Shown in pieces: positions 50,391-64,000 of a stretch of DNA of 64,000 bases (within the stretch, counting starts at the first letter, position 1; every line of letters begins with the position of its first letter). Position numbers and translations under genes: made by a program. The notes below the pieces were generated by a model. It was not told the DNA's origin and made no database searches. It was given only the letters and a program-made list of their open reading frames with translations. Origin of the DNA: Octopus bimaculoides. Lineage: Eukaryota. Location of the stretch: assembly GCF_001194135.2 (NCBI RefSeq), contig NC_068981.1, positions 140,044,678 through 140,108,677 of the forward strand, given 5' to 3'.

Positions 50391-51704
50391 CTAGCAGAAA
50401 TACCCGGCTTTGCCCGGGTTAAAGAGAATAATGAAATCTAAAAACGCCGTCTAGACTACGCAACCCTCAAATGTTAGAAGCTACGATACCATATTTCTAC
50501 ATTAATAACTCTCCAATCCATGCCAGCATGGAACATAGACATTAAGTGGAATGCCAGTCTCTCATCTGGGAAGGCCTTGAAATCAACGTTACCAACTGGG
50601 GACTATGTGTGTCGCAGTGATAATAAAAAGACTCAAAGGAGGTCTGCAACGAAATAATTTTACTCAACACTTTGCAAGTGAATCAGTGGAGGCAAAGATG
50701 CGTCTCATTTACTTGACAATTTATGCACCACATTGCAGAAATCACAATGTAAGTNNNNNNNNNNNNNNNNNNNNNNNNNNNNNNNNNNNNNNNNNNNNNN
50801 NNNNNNNNNNNNNNNNNNNNNNNNNNNNNNNNNNNNNNNNNNNNNNNNNNNNNNNNNNNNNNNNNNNNNNNNNNNNNNNNNNNNNNNNNNNNNNNNNNNN
50901 NNNNNNNNNNNNNNNNNNNNNNNNNNNNNNNNNNNNNNNNNNNNNNNNNNNNNNNNNNNNNNNNNNNNNNNNNNNNNNNNNNNNNNNNNNNNNNNNNNNN
51001 NNNNNNNNNNNNNNNNNNNNNNNNNNNNNNNNNNNNNNNNNNNNNNNNNNNNNNNNNNNNNNNNNNNNNNNNNNNNNNNNNNNNNNNNNNNNNNNNNNNN
51101 NNNNNNNNNNNNNNNNNNNNNNNNNNNNNNNNNNNNNNNNNNNNNNNNNNNNNNNNNNNNNNNNNNNNNNNNNNNNNNNNNNNNNNNNNNNNNNNNNNNN
51201 NNNNNNNNNNNNNNNNNNNNNNNNNNNNNNNNNNNNNNNNNNNNNNNNNNNNNNNNNNNNNNNNNNNNNNNNNNNNNNNNNNNNNNNNNNNNNNNNNNNN
51301 TCTCTCTCTCTCTTTCTCTCTTTCTCTCTCTCTCTGAAAGTATCTGTCATTACAGTATCGAAATGTGATTGTTTCAGTTAGTGGAATAGTTTCATTTTTA
51401 AAGTGAAAGTATTTGACATGAGTGTTTTTGTTTCACTTTTGACACGTAATACTTAAATAGTGGAGGAGATATTATGTTGCCGTGGGCTCGAACTCTGCAA
51501 GAAGTTAAAAAATGTTTTTACTAAAACACAACTGGAACCCTAAATAAGGCATCTGTAAAATTTGAATGAAATTGGTTGCGTAGTTCTCGAGTTTTAGGGA
51601 TACACACACACACACAGACACACACAGACAGACAGAGAGACAGACAGACAGACACACACACACACAGACAGACATACACACATTCTCATTTTTATATATA
51701 TAGA
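50391..51704 (-). mobile_element. Non-autonomous Helitron with canonical ends
   Basis: 5' end A|TCTATATATAT at 51704. The 3' end has a GC hairpin (ACCCGG/CCGGGT, 50402-50419) ~10 nt before CTAG|T at 50391. Inserted in an AT dinucleotide with no TSD; contains a gap and microsatellites. Confidence 0.85.
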
Positions 51705-52361
51705 TTACATGCATAAATACTAAAATGTTCACTTTTTACAAAAGTTTCGCGAGTTTCAATATTGTGCATACATTCTAGTGAAACGTATCTAAAACAATTA
51801 TATTTGTAGACAATTATCTGTAATATCACAGACGAGCAAACGAAAATAAAAGAACAGCTCATGGTTAACAAAGTAAAGAAGAGAATTAACTGCGCAGAAA
51901 CAACCGAAGATATGTTTAGAAATCACAAATAAATTCTATACTTCTTTTTCAGCTAATAACTGTTTCAGCTAATAAATGTTTCGTTTCACTTTACAAACAA
52001 TCTGATTAACAGAGAGAATATGATAAAAATGGCTGCTTAATATATGGTAATGTATACCTTATCTAAATCAGCTTTAACTATACAAGTGAATAGAGTTCAT
52101 ACAATTATTCACTTAATGTTATTCCTCAATTGAAATATTACATGGGGATTTCTGTTTCAGACTGTTGTTTATCTTAACATTAAAATGTCTGAAAAATAAT
52201 CAAAGTGTAACGTAGCCAATACGTCGAACGCTTGTATTTAAGTATACACCAATTTATTTATAAGTAGAAAACAAAGCATGGTGATACTGAACCTCATCGC
52301 TAATGCTCATTGATACCTACCAATACAACCATAGAATATTCTCGCTATTTCCATATTCGTT

Positions 52362-52566
52362 AAGGCCAAAACCGTTACAGCGCCGGGCAAAATGCTTAAC
52401 AACATTTCATCCATTTCCGCCTTCGGATTTCAAATTCCACCGAGGTCGATTTTAACTTTCATCCTTTGGAATCGATAAAATAAATAACTGTCGAGCAATG
52501 GAGGTAGATGTAATCGACTTACGTCTTTCCCCGAAATTACTGGCCTTGTGCCAAAATTTGAAACCG
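52362..52566 (+). mobile_element. Family B SINE
   Basis: GCGCCGGGCAAAATGCTTA..TTCAAATTCCACCGAGGTCGA..TTTCATCCTTT..CTGGCCTTGTGCCAAAATTTGAAAC. Confidence 0.8.
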
Positions 52567-54242
52567 ACATATCCACATGCACTCTCGCTCACACTCCTAC
52601 ACAACAAATATTGTCATCTCTATCAACTGACTTCTGTAGACACATGCAACTATATCCATTTTCTCGACATATATACATACTTAATGAACGTATACACAAG
52701 AAGTGTAATTTTAGATCCATATTTTATTTTAATTCTTAAATACACTACACAAACCTACCTTGAATGTTGATTCTCATTGTGTCAACCAATATGGAGTCTC
52801 AGTAAGGTCCCAAATCGTCAGCTGAATAACATATTTTGTCTGAGAGATTATATGCCTCATAGATAAACATTAAATGAATATATCTTTCCAAAAAAAAATT
52901 CTATTTAATATACGACTAAGTATCGACGGCATCGATTGATACCATTGCAAATATCGGTCAAATACCTGTATATTGAGCACTTACAAAAGAATAGGACACA
53001 CTGGTTACTATACGTTGATGTACCAAATGTGAGAAGAAAAGGCAGTATAGTTATGGCTGTAATGTATGATTACACGTCTGCTCCATAACAGTTCATAAGC
53101 TTTACAACAAGAACAACAACATCAGGAACTGAAATCTGGGACGGGGGAACCATTGTTATTAATTGATGATCAGTTTAATGACTGATTTCGACTTCACTCT
53201 CGAAATTTTGAAGGAATACATCTTCAGAAAATAGTGTGCATCAAGCAACATTTACACTATAACTATACATTTTCTGCCATACAAAAATATAATTCTCAGC
53301 TAGTAATTCAAAATGTTATGAAGATTCCTGAATAATGCAAATATGTCTGCGTTTACTTCAGTGGCATACACAAACGAAAAAAAATAAATAAAACCGCTTT
53401 CATATAACTTGTAAAAGTTGTACATATAATTTTATTCGCTTATTCGAATTTAAATATAAATTTAGATTTCATGACATTATAATTTCATTCACATTATCTA
53501 ATGCATATTTGATCCCCAGTGCGTATATATTCAGTTTTCTCTATCAAGATTCGAGAACTTGCTTGAAATATATGTTGAACTATTCTCGAGCGAAATGTCT
53601 AACAAACATATCAGTATTCCATTCTTCTATGTTTATTTTAATTCCTGCTTTCGTAACAAGCAGTTGTCACCTGTACATGCATAATATATACAAGAGAATA
53701 CCTAGAGCAAATATTTAAAACAAATAATTTACCTATAACATATCATTTTAGTCAAGCACTTTTGGATTTAGTGAGCTATAACCGATGCTTCAGCACAGCA
53801 CCGGTTGTGGTAAATTATATAGCATGTGGTAGAAATATTAATTGCCTAACATATGGATTTCGGCTAGATCTTTTGAACAGCAGCTGCGGTGATGTAGATA
53901 GACGATTTGTTACAAATAGCAACATTACCTGATATGGAATCTAATATTTAAAAAGCTAAGAAAAATGCGTAGTTTTAAATACTCATAAAGGTGAGATTGT
54001 CAATCTGGAGTACATTTGGTTTTAACTCTAACTTATTAGGCTTGGTTTGCATGTAAGCACTACACTTTGATCTTAGTGAATTTATTGTGATTGATGTACG
54101 AGGTCAAAACCGATGCAGTAAACATTAAACAAAAACACTTTACCACTCTCTACCATTTTAAAGGAGGAAATTGAGCATACTCCACTTAGCTCAATTACGG
54201 TAAAATTATAATGCATTTTATAGCTGATAATAAATCTCATAA

Positions 54243-54425
54243 GAAGGTGGTGTGCTCGCAGAATCGTTACCGCGCCGGGAAAAATGTTTATCGGCATTTC
54301 TTCCATTTTTAAGTTCCGAGTTGTAAGATCACCCGGGTCGACTTTACTTTTCATCTTTTCGGGGCCAATAAAATTAGTACCAGCTGAACACTGAGGTCAA
54401 TGTAATCGACTTACCTTACTGAAAC
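54243..54425 (+). mobile_element. Family B SINE
   Basis: GCAGAATCGTTA..GGGTCGACTTTACTTTTCATCTTTTCGGGG..AGTACCAG..ATGTAATCGACTT. Confidence 0.8.
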
Positions 54426-57049
54426 CAGTATGATAATTCATAAATTACAAGGCGTTGCATAAATCTTATGTTGCGTGTCTCAAAATTATATTGTTTCGAG
54501 TTCAGTTTAGCTTCATGGTACCAATGTTTTTTACCAAAGCTTTGGGCCTACTCAGTTCTTGCGAGCGAAATTTGCAGACAGAAACCTTCTAGTTTTGTCC
54601 ATCCTGTTGTTTTCACTTCGGGGATAATATATCCAAATATATGTTGTTCAAAATGTCCTCCTTTTTTAACATAACATTGTGAGAAGTAAAAGAATTTAGA
54701 CAATATTTCAACTAGTTCGAATGGCCATATAGTGGCTGCCCCGTTGGATTGCAGTAGTTTAGCCACTGAACAAACCTACCTGATACGGCATATCTTTGAT
54801 CAAATGTACTCCACCTGTGACAAATCCTTGTTTAATTTCAAGCGTGTAGCTACGTGAAATTATCGAATATGAACATAAAACGTAAATGCTCGCCCGTAAT
54901 AAGGTCATACGAAAAAGTTTGACGAAATCATATCTATTTTGTGAGGAAAATGATAAAGGACGACTTTCAGGACATCTTTCAAGGACACCTCAAGCGTTTA
55001 GAAATACAGGGGGAAGCCGATGACGTGGTACAAACTAGTTTTATAAAGTAAACTTTCTCATAAGCATTCAAAGGTCATATAAAGTTGTCTGACTGCGCAA
55101 CAGTTTAAGTTTATCGACCATAAAAAAGGACCTATGCGACAGGTTTCTGCACAATTCACGTCTGCAAAAATATCCCTCATAAGAATTAGGAACACTGTAG
55201 GCTTCGATAAAAAAAATTAAAGGGCCGAATAGTGGCGTTGAACTGGAAGCCATATCATAGACAGACGATCCTCTCAGCCACATATAAATGCCTACCCCAT
55301 TAAATTTATGAATTATAAACACGAATACAATGTGTTGATCGAAATATAAACACGAGTATAATTGTTATAACTGCTCATATTGAAACTTAGAGATGCTCAA
55401 TTCCATCAACATGAATAGTAAAAAGATTTTTTTTTAGTTACAAATACACAAAAATTGACAAATATTTGTCTCTTAAAATTTTGACAAATATTGACACAGA
55501 TAAAATATTTAGTGATTTCATTGCCTATTGTCATTTCTGCTATATTGTCTGATTTTTATAATCCTTAGAAATAATATAACAGAGCGAATATCTGGGAAAA
55601 GTTGCTATAAATATATTCATAGTTGTTTTTTCCTGCTCAGAAAATTCGTATTTATATGTTTGACTACATATTTTAGTGAGCTGATACTTGCAGCCGCTTA
55701 TGAATAATTTTTTGACAGTAAGCAAACAACCGCTATGATATATTGACAGATGAAACTTAGGAATTGCAGTGCTTTTGTAAGACAATCATTTTTTTCCAAT
55801 ATCCCTCCTACTGAGTTCTTATTCCTATATAATAGAGTTCTGCATTGTGTTTGTTCATATTTTGTATTCTCTTTTAATATCATTGTTTATATTTATTCCC
55901 GTTTGTTATTAACAATTCACAAAACAAGCTCGACCAATAACAGAGGATAACAAAGGCGTATCTTGGAATTCTTTGTTATGGAAATAATTTTGTTAACAAG
56001 CACCTAACTACGTTTAAATAACGATGACAACTACAAACGATGAAGATGAAATTTATTGATTGGCTCACAGTTTACAACCGGAGAATTATTTTAATTATTT
56101 TTCCATCTCGGGAAAATCAGGAACTTCAAATAATGAAATTCTGATCCATTCTTGAATTCTTTAGAATTTATTTCAGTTGAGATCTAGCAATAAGAAACGC
56201 TTTGGTGAGGAATATTCTACAGTAAAGTGAATTTGATCATTTTTGAAGTTTGCTCAGCGTAAACATTATGTACATCTCTTTCTCTCTTTCTTTCTTTCTC
56301 CATTTCCCTCTCTCTTCCATTCTTTTTACTTTCCTTTCTTTGTTTTCCTTCTTTTCTCTCCTTTGTTTTCCTTTTCTTATTTCCTTCTATTTTTCCTCTA
56401 ACTCGTCCTGCTCTAAAACTTTCTCACATGCATAGATGTTACATAGATAACCTATACAAATCTTAATGCAACGCATATATTTTCAAGTGCCGAATATTTT
56501 ACAGTGTTCATCTTATGAAATTATATTTTAATAACTATCGTAGAAATGAATACCACATAGTTTATATTGAAGACATTTTGTTTAAGCGGCATAAGTTGTT
56601 AGTGTACACTATCGCAATGCAAATATAATCGCACACAACACTTACAAGAAGATAAAAACATTAGAAGGAAGATATATGTATATGAATTAGGAAATAACAC
56701 CCAGCCAATATATTAAATCGATTTGGGAAATATTTTAGTGACTATACATCTTTCCAAGTAACCCATTCATATGTATTCTGCAATTAATTTCAATCAGTAA
56801 TCTTGGAATTTGTCCAAGACCACTCTAACTTTTAACATTGTTCTACTCCCAATGCATTTGATATTCACTTGTATATCTGTCTTCTCTCCGCTTCTCACCG
56901 CGTCTCTCTCTGTCGCCGCCCTCTTTCTCTCACCTGATGTATACATACATGTGTATGTATGTAGAATGTATATTCTTTTATTCTTTTATACATTTCAGCG
57001 TCAACGTTGTCGCCATGCTGGAGTACTGCTAGTGTAATCATCTATTCAA

Positions 57050-57450
57050 TGGCCAATCTAATGCGACTGGCTTGTGGCGAAGGAAGGAGTTCGATACTGC
57101 TGTTCTCATTTAAGTTTCCTGCCTTGATATAGGTTCATCTGGAACCTTAGTTAGCAGGATATCAAGGTGTTTCCTGAAAACATCTACCCCTACCACCTGA
57201 TAATCCCACAAATATTTTGGCAAGGCATTACATACCAGTGGGCCCTTGAATTCCAAGCTATTGCAGTATATGGTCCCCACTCTACACGAGATAGTTGGTA
57301 CCTTTAGAACAGTGCAATGTCGTCCAGTTCGGGGGCTGGAATAACTCTCGATACCTAAGTTTGGTGCCAGCCTCTCCAGGATCTTCTATATATATATCAT
57401 TGCATACCCCTCCCGTATTCGCTCCTGGAAGTAGAATATTAGCTCTTTCA
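57050..57450 (-). mobile_element. CR1/L2-group LINE 3' end fragment
   Basis: Minus strand gives ERIREGYAMIYI*KILERLAPNLGI..PRTGRHC..YCNSLEFKGPLVCNALPKYL..VFRKHLDILLTKVPDEP..AVSNS, the typical C-terminus of CR1-like ORF2. Confidence 0.8.
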
Positions 57451-58735
57451 ATACCGGGCTTTAAAAATAAGTACAGGGGTTGATTTTTTCGACTAAAATC
57501 TTCAAGGTCATGGCCCGCATGATTTCACTCTAATGGCTGAAGCAAGTAAGACAATAAAACCACAAGAAACGATAAAGACTATATTTATTTGTGTCTGTAT
57601 TTGTGTTATCAATGTTCCCCACAGCACAGCATCCAACGCTACTCCACCCCTTGCGAACCGGTATCGGTTTGCTTGCGTCGCAGTTATCCAACAATTCAAC
57701 AAATATACCCGAGAATGAGTAGCTGACTTCGAAAGCAAGTATTGCGCTTGATCTGTTCGACTTAACTTTTCGAAGCCGTTCCCCTGCTTGACAACAGTTC
57801 AATGACTGATACAAGTAAAAGGTACAAGATTCAGTTACGTTGGGCCTTATATTGAAACGGACAAAGAGTAGACAGATATAAACAAAAATGAATACGAAGA
57901 CGAGAGATTTGTAATTTTTACTCCTCGTTTATAGATTAGAACACAGAATGATACATGATGTGAAAATGAATATTAAAAATATAAAATATCCAAATCTACA
58001 TATACTGTACGTGAAAATATGCGGACTACCTGCGAGAAATTCCTTCCACTACCTGGTACATACGTCCACGCATACATATACACACTCACTTAAAATCGTG
58101 CACTACCACACCCATATGTGCACACACACACAGACACACACACATATATATATATACATATATAATTTTTCATACATATGTATACATACATACATATATT
58201 TATGTGTGCGTATGTGTGTATTAGTGTATTTCTGTGTGTCTGTGTGTGTCTGTGTGTGTCTGTATATACACACATAGAGTGAGGGTGCATGTGACGTATG
58301 GAGGGAAAATGAGACATTATATTTAGATGGACACTAACATTGCAAATGGCCACATTTCATTTATGTTGGTTAAAAGCTATCGATTTGTTATACACAGATC
58401 TCATATACTATCATATACACATGTACATAATACATTTGTACATGCATAAATACATACATTCACGCATACACGCAAACACAAACGCGTACACACAAACACA
58501 CCCGCGTACACACATATCATTTATACATATACATATCTAAATACAGGCACGTTCTACTTATTCGCATTAATACAATTTTGAATGCGTTTTCGTTCTATCC
58601 AGCTCATATAATATAGTTATGTGGAGATGATGTATGTATGTGGAAATATTCATTTCCCAATATTACATTGAGGAAACAAGCGAAATATTAGGTCAGCTAT
58701 GTTAAAGGAAAAATGCTGTCAAAACTGACAATCAC

Positions 58736-58751
58736 TGGCGCCATCTATGAG
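58736..58751 (+). promoter_or_regulatory. Candidate CTCF-binding motif
   Basis: TGGCGCCATCTATGAG; the reverse complement CTCATAGATGGCGCCA matches the AGATGGCGC core of the metazoan CTCF motif, and it lies in otherwise unique AT-rich DNA. Confidence 0.35.
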
Positions 58752-60894
58752 TTAAAATGTGTTATGCAGATAAAAAGAAATTTCTTTAAACTTGATTTGG
58801 TATGTTTTTCCCAAAGTGCATTAGGTAACATTCTGTCTGCAATGATGCAATAGATAGTATTAAGATTTGTTGCTTTTTTAGCAAAGTTTTCTTTTTTTTA
58901 TTTTGTGCCTGCTTTTCTGCTGCTGTTTTAATGGATATTTAGAATATCTATATGAAGCATTTTTTTTTTATGAGTAGATATGTCATAACATGCTACAAAC
59001 CAAAATAGGTAAATTCGTTTTGGAAAAATATTTTGTGCACTAGTGCATGATTTGCTGGGATTCATCTAAATGTCTATGACTATTTGTGTAAGTAGCAGAA
59101 TTTATATCTAGTAGTATTTTCTGCTAATATTTTTCGTTTTTGTTAGTTTTAAAAATCTAGCTATATTTATTCCTGGTTTATGTCAAAATACCTATAATGA
59201 ATTAATGTGTCATTGCAAGAGGTCAGTTGTATAGTTTATATTTATTCTATCACGCTGCTATGAATGAATATTTTCAATTGAATAGTTTCGTATAATTAAG
59301 GTTACTTTACCTTAAATAATTTGATACATTGGAGACTGAAAGCCTTAGATTTCCTTCTAAAATGAAATTTCCATTGGTTTTCTGTGAATCATCGGAGATA
59401 ATTGGAAATGACTTATATAAAGCATAACCGGACCAGTTGGGATATGTATCCAATTTGCTACGAGAAGCAAAATTTTTTTTTGTATACTATTCATTCCAAA
59501 AGAGATAACATGTGAATTAATGTCTATTTTTTTAAATCGTGTAATCTGTGTAATTCTTGTTTATCTTTGCGTATAAGTATCACGATTCTGATAGGGACAT
59601 CCAGCTAACCCTCGAATGGAACTCCGAAGGTAAACTAAAGATTTGAAGCTATACTCAACACCACATCCTGCAGCTTTCAAAGGTTACATACAACAACATT
59701 AAAATGATTAATTTTATTGAATACATATCTATGTACAAATAGTAAACCTCAGTTAGATCCATGAATGCAAGTTGGAAAACTGCTTCTTTTTTTGAAGATT
59801 AAAATTTGATTAATTCGAAATAGCGTTTTACAGCTCCATGAATTTTGTATTTATCTCTTCCTTTATTTACACGAAGAATTATCATGTAAAAACGATATTT
59901 CATGTGTCAGCTTCAAAATAAATCCATGGAAAGTTAAAACTTATGACTGTTCGATTATGCGGTTTACTTCGAATTATCTTGATTCAATCCACTTGCGCGG
60001 AGCCTTAAGTAAGGATCTTCTATTAGAGCAGATTAAACAAGCAGTACTCTGTTAAAACTTTGGTAAGACAATCGACAGAATATAAACCTATAAATTAAGT
60101 ACTAAACTCACATAAGCACTGGTCAATAGATAATCAAGAAAAAAACATTTTTAGGTGGTGCGCAATAATAATCACTGTTCACTGCAAGAAAAAATGTCAA
60201 GATACGTAAAAATTCATGAAGGTCCTACGTAAATTTTCTATTAATAACAAAAATGATACAAATAATCGCATCAGCCATTGGTTTAGTTCTAGCATGAAGT
60301 AATACTTGCAAAACTAATGAATAGAAAAATCAAAACTATTTTTATGTCAACATAAAAAAGGAGAGTATAATTTCATTTTCCTTTACTGTTGCATTAATCC
60401 TTTGCACATAGTTAACCAAAGTGCATCAACGCTGCCGCTCACTCTTTACAAATATCAACCAAATATCTCTCATGCCTACAGTCTTAAAATGGTGGCATAT
60501 ATCGGATGATGTAGTAATAGATTTAAAGATTAAAGGAGAAATCGTCAGCTGCATGCACCCTCTTTATTACCGAAGAGACATTGGTCACACTTATCGTTCG
60601 CTCTCGCGATCTTAAAGCAATTTCCATTTGAACAGACTGAAGAAACTTGATGTAAATCGTCTTGCCTTGGGGAAAAAACGTATATTTTGATTAAAAAGTC
60701 GGCGTCATGATCGAGATCCCACTTTTTAACCACTAAGCCACAGACATTCTCAAACCTAAATACATCTGTTTAAAATAATAATTAATTATGACAAAGGATA
60801 CGGAAATAAACGGGTAAAGTATCTGTCGGATCAAGACTGCCCTGAATTCCAAACATCACGTGCAATTATGGCTATCAGCTATTATAAAATACAT

Positions 60895-61110
60895 TAAGGC
60901 GGCGAGCTGACAGACTCATTAGCACGCCGGACAAAATTCTTAGTGGTATGTCGTCTAACTTTATGTTCTGTGTTCAGATCCCACGAGGTCGAATTACTAT
61001 GTCATCCTTTCGGAGTTGATAAAATATGTATAGCTCAGAACTGGAGTTTATGTAATCCACTTATTCGCCACCACGAAATTGCTGGCCTTGTGCCAAAATT
61101 TGAAACTATT
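60895..61110 (+). mobile_element. Family B SINE
   Basis: TAAGGCGGCGAGCTG head, GAGGTCGA..TCATCCTTTCGG body, GCTGGCCTTGTGCCAAAATTTGAAAC tail. Confidence 0.8.
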
Positions 61111-61354
61111 ATATTATACATTACATGGTGCGTTGTGAGATATACTATATTTCAATAAAAATTGAGTCATGTTTGTAGCGAATTTTTTTCTATGCTTGAC
61201 TAGGGTTGTCTCTGAGATATAAAACAACAATTTAGAAATTTAAGCAAAATAGTAACTAATTCAATATCTCCATTAAAAATAAGGAGCTTTATTTTAAAAT
61301 CACTTTTAGAACGGTGGGAGATGGGAGGTGTATTAACGTCTGTGTATATGTATA

Positions 61355-61389
<35 letters not shown>

Positions 61390-61751
61390 NNNNNNNNNNN
61401 NNNNNNNNNNNNNNNNNNNNNNNNNNNNNNNNNNNNNNNNNNNNNNNNNNNNNNNNNNNNNNNNNNNNNNNNNNNNNNNNNNNNNNNNNNNNNNNNNNNN
61501 NNNNNNNNNNNNNNNNNNNNNNNNNNNNNNNNNNNNNNNNNNNNNNNNNNNNNNNNNNNNNNNNNNNNNNNNNNNNNNNNNNNNNNNNNNNNNNNNNNNN
61601 NNNNNNNNNNNNNNNNNNNNNNNNNNNNNNNNNNNNNNNNNNNNNNNNNNNNNNNNNNNNNNNNNNNNNNNNNNNNNNNNNNNNNNNNNNNNNNNNNNNN
61701 NNNNNNNNNNNNNNNNNNNNNNNNNNNNNNNNNNNNNNNNNNNNNNNNNNN

Positions 61752-61805
<54 letters not shown>

Positions 61806-62094
61806 AATATATTGCAACCGAGAAAATGTCTTCTTTAATGGAAATAAATTTTATCTCAGATGCTGACATAATGGGTGATATTTGCTTATGCGTGTGTATG
61901 TATATGCGCGTGCGATACACACACACACACGCACATACAGGCATAATATAATTTATTGTTATCCTAATGCATGGATAATGTAAATTTTAAACACCCGGAA
62001 CTTTATACATGGAAATCGTCTTTAGTAATCTAAGATATATATATATATTATTTATCTGTGTGTTTGCATATACGTATGTATTTATGTATTTAAT

Positions 62095-62154
<60 letters not shown>

Positions 62155-62779
62155 CATATATATCTACACATAGATTGTGTGTGCCCGCGCGTGTTTGTGT
62201 GTATGTGTGCGTGCGTGTGTGTGTGCACGCGTGTGCATTAGGAATATGCATGAATACGAGTGCAAAAATATGTGAATTGAAATAGCCTAAACGGAGAAAT
62301 TATTCTACCTGTTTACCAATACTTAACGTTTTATGTTCATAAAATTGAAAACTCTTAGATTCTGTGGAGAAGGGGGAAAGATTTGGAGTATTTCCTTCAG
62401 TACCTTTACGTTCAAATCCTGCAAAAGTAGATTTCACTTTCCTTAGTAAAAAATAGAATCTCAATTATTAGAATTTATATTATTCCTGTATTCTTCTCGT
62501 ACAGTAAGGAAGGCACCTTTAATAGGTGCTTTAGAGAAATTGCTAAACGTAGTAAACGTATTCATTCTCTAATTTCATTTTTCTTGTAGCACCCATTAAT
62601 GTATACTGAATATCTGCGAAGAAATAACATGAGCTTCTCTGTTAAATGAGTAACGGGATGTTTTAATTTGGATATTTCCAAATACAAACATTGATAAAAT
62701 GCCTTCTCATAGATACATTAAAATAAAATTTCATAGAATACTAATTACAAGTAGCCTAAGTAGCAGAGAACACATTCCA

Positions 62780-63270
62780 TTTTGTTATACCTAAGTGAAC
62801 CTAAGCTTCGGATAGACTTCTTAGCTCAAGCATTATTAATTTCCGGTCCTCCATTCATTTGATTTTTCTCACAAAATTGGGACGATGCTGTTGCAAGCAA
62901 TACGAATTATGTGACCATCGTTTCCATGAGGCATATATGTCTGGTTAGCAATACTATGCTGCGATCCTTTCCAACAGATATGATATTTCTTACATTGGTC
63001 TCTTATGCCGTATCTATTACGGCCTCAGCGCTTTTAAACTAATTGCTGCATATTCTTCTATTCAAATGAAAATCACCGCCCTCATTTCCTTCAATTATTT
63101 TAAATTCTGCCTCCTTCAGTTTGCTCAATCATTTCTCTCCAGAATTGTTGCAGCCTTTTCATTGGTGAGCGCTTTCCCATCTCTTTCAGCGAACTTCAAT
63201 CTGCAGCTAGTCAGGATGAATATCTATGCCACCGAATTATCCGCTCTCGCTTCGCGCGTTAGTGAATGTA
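62780..63270 (-). mobile_element. Possible very old RTE-like RT fragment
   Basis: Weak remnants on the minus strand (IEVR/RDGK, ISVGKDRSIVL, EINNA*AKKSIRSLGSL) only loosely resemble RTE motifs; many stops. Confidence 0.25.
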
Positions 63271-64000
63271 ACTAGTACAGACAAAGACTCATCTTTTTGT
63301 CTGCTGAATTAAAGACGACGTAATGTAAATCACAAATAATACTCTCACTTTAAAGTCCATTGGGAAATTAGTAAACAGATTGTCATTTAACACAGCTTTT
63401 GGCCAGGCCTCTGCTAGGAAGAAATATTGATATGTTTTCTAGTAATGTAAGGTAAAATTGCATGTCTTAGTGACTGAACAGATGAAAAGCAGCAATTCAT
63501 GCACGTTTTGCTATGAATGAAATTCAATTGATAGAGAATTTAAACATAAATTTAGAAATTAAATTCTGAACTGGAGAAACTAATCAATGTATATTCTGCG
63601 ATGTCATGATGACATGATTATATGATTAATTGGGAAGATTAGCATCAGTGTTTGCCATAAACTACACCACGCTTGGTTCTGCTACTCAATATGCATGTAA
63701 TTATATCTGGCAGCAAATAAGAGAACCGTGCATAAATATAGAGATGTGAATATAGAAAATACTGACTTACATTCGTTTCTGAAATTCGTTGGGCATTTTA
63801 TATTTCAGTGCACTTTGTTAGTTTTGTCTTAGATATTTTAACATCGATTCTCTTTCGTTTCACTAATTACAAGAAAACTGAAGCTGTTTTGAAGTTAGAT
63901 TAATTTCCGCCTCGTTATGATAACATATCTTCTTTAAATTGTGAAGTATCAACACCATCATTAATTATAGGAGCGATATATTTTATGTTTTGACATTTAA

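Noticed and set aside
51810-51935. Possible exon TIICNITDEQTKIKEQLMVNK after a TTTGTAG acceptor
   Set aside because: No recognisable homology and only weak donors; needs RNA-seq.
54450-54800. KKGGHFEQ as a Tc1/mariner C-terminus
   Set aside because: A single short motif without upstream DDE context or a TIR.
59580-59630. Micro-exon DIQLTLEWNSE with AG/GT boundaries
   Set aside because: Too short to distinguish from chance without transcript or homology evidence.

Overview
AT-rich, microsatellite-dense animal genomic DNA from a gapped short-read assembly with 12 N-runs. The SINE and repeat complement looks like a cephalopod, probably Octopus (inference). I found no host protein-coding exon I can support, and almost all long ORFs in the track are artefacts of N-runs or simple repeats. 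The window is a layered graveyard of transposable elements. It holds three tRNA-derived SINE families, at least six decayed R4/Dong-type non-LTR fragments (mostly at (AAT)n tracts), and HERO-like, RTE-like and CR1/L2-like LINE fragments. It also holds Penelope-like elements, a mariner fragment, a DD37D/maT-like fragment and two Helitrons. The most interesting signals are RNA-level: two complete type-I hammerhead ribozyme motifs in Penelope-like termini, a divergent 5S rRNA copy with apparent compensatory changes lying directly upstream of a tRNA-SINE with no Pol III terminator, and a ~540-bp non-coding (AAT)n-tailed repeat with no recognisable head. None of these is demonstrably a new biological system. 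Coordinates of decayed elements are approximate.
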